DNA of 64,000 nucleotides from Nageia nagi (taxonomy: Eukaryota > Plantae > Pinophyta). Shown piece after piece: positions 62,659 to 64,000 of this stretch. The notes beneath the pieces are model-generated. The model was given only the letters and a program-made list of their open reading frames with translations, made no database searches and was not told where the DNA came from. The stretch is taken from assembly GCA_050084985.1 (NCBI GenBank), contig JBITNC010000001.1, positions 137,392,001 through 137,456,000 on the forward strand, in the 5' to 3' direction. The first letter of the stretch is position 1. The number at the start of each line of letters is the position of its first letter. The position numbers and the translations under genes are program-made.

Positions 62659-64000
62659 TGGCGACTTCTCAATCATCCTTTGCAACCAAAATAGAGTAAC
62701 TTGACATTGACTTACTTTCCTTGCAAGAAGAATATCTCGAGAATGCACCAAGAGTGAACTGCACCGAAATAGGAGTGATCAGTCATATGGATACATGGAG
62801 AGCTGACCCTAGCCATGTGCTTTTGAGATTAAAGACTCCTGAAGTCACTGGAAAAGGAAAATCTCTTGCTCATTCTAGGAGAGATGTTATGATTGATCAA
62901 GATTTGGCATATTATGTGCCCTATGAGTCTTTCACATGCCCTGAGCTCTTATACTCCCTAACGCACAGGCGTCATCAAAAGGGGTATCAAATAGGCATGT
63001 ACAAGGGCACTGAAGAGGAACAAACTTCAGAACCAATGTTTGAAGCGGTGTTGGACTACTCTCCGGATTCCATTATCCAAGCATTTGCTATTCCAGCAGA
63101 CTGGACATTTCATGTAAAAAAGCAAATTGATTTAAAAAGGGAGAAATTTGATTTTTATATAAATGAAGATGAAATGCTGAACTAGATTAATTGAAGATAC
63201 CAGGATAGCAAGCAATCAAAACTCTTGCCGAGCTATCAAATAGCTCTTTTTCAAAGGAGAAAAGATAGAGAAGTGCTACAAGCACTCGCGGTCATTCTGG
63301 GGAAGAAGACCTAGATAGAAGCAGATGAGGCCATGGTACACATGGCATATAATATTTCAGAATGCCATGTCTGCTATGATTTCCTGGCCTTCATAACCAA
63401 AGAAATTAAGAGATGCTTATTCAAGATAGAGAAGTCAGATTTTAGGCATTCTTCCTATCTCTGATGGCTTTTCATTCATCAAAATTTGGACAAGTTAGTA
63501 GGGACAAGGCTCCCAATTGAGCCAACCAGCTCCAGTGATGCCTTGGTGCCAATTGATTTGATGGTACCAGTTTTGAGTAAGTTGCATGGGTCTTACTATG
63601 AGTTTATGGACAAGTTTTATGCCACCGCAGTAAAAATTGACTGAAAAATTCCCCAGTAGGCTGCGCAAGAGCACAGTAAGAGAGTTACAAGGTGGGAATA
63701 AAATCGGTGACTGGTACTTTTTGAAAGACCGCACCGTGATAATAAGGTATGGATATTTTGATAGAGATGGGTAGGCAAATCTGTGCAATAGAAACTATAT
63801 ACGGGACTGGGGGAAATTTCAAGTCTACTGTAAATATACCGGCATCTACAAAAAATCACTCTGTTAGAGATAGGATGTACAGAAAGCATTACTCAATTCA
63901 TTATACAAAATTTCAAATTAAATAAGCTGGAAACTGCATGGATGTATGACCCATCAGGGGAGATAACCCAGTTAATAAGGACTAGCAAGAAACGTTCGAC
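62659..64000 (+). pseudogene. Extra sense ORF of Tat element B (partial)
   Basis: Starts MATSQSSF and includes ORF 62721-63185. Downstream 'FRHSSYL*WLF' and 'IGDWYFLKDRTVIIRYG' resemble element A 'FYMNSYLVYLL' and 'EFFLQNVDHTYIRVYG'. Confidence 0.6.

Larger units (their letters stand above)
54223..64000 (+). mobile_element. Tat-lineage Ty3/Gypsy retrotransposon B (5' LTR, PBS-Arg, gag-PR-aRH-RT-RH-INT, extra ORF; runs off the window)
   Basis: TGTTGCAT start; PBS at 56296; gag 56529-57569; PR 'CMIDTRA'; aRH 'WMMYFDGS...TNNAVE'; RT 'YLDD'; INT 'QWGMDFIG', 'YYPQGNG'. Confidence 0.92.

Overview
AT-rich, CpG-depleted plant nuclear DNA, most likely from a gymnosperm (probably a conifer). That call rests on a Penelope/Dryad-type GIY-YIG retroelement and Tat-lineage Gypsy elements with an extra archaeal-type RNase H placed before RT. 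Most of the window is nested, decayed transposons: an Ogre/Tat-like 3' end, two L1-type LINEs, a Penelope-like element with decayed hammerhead ribozymes in its terminal repeats, a TIR element, a giant LTR-like unit, Gypsy and Copia fragments, a hAT transposon and two Tat elements with an extra 3' ORF. Two candidate host genes are present. One is an intact, intronless 134-aa ORF (8528-8932, minus strand) with promoter-like context and no family I recognise. The other is a probable 11-exon minus-strand pseudogene (34242-53159) whose introns hold the large insertions. The most unexpected signal is in 0.5-4.5 kb: the non-coding 3' region of an LTR retroelement carries several families of repeated RNA structures whose pairing survives sequence change (GNRA-capped hairpins, bulged hairpins, an H-type pseudoknot, a three-way junction). 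All calls were made by eye, without database searches.
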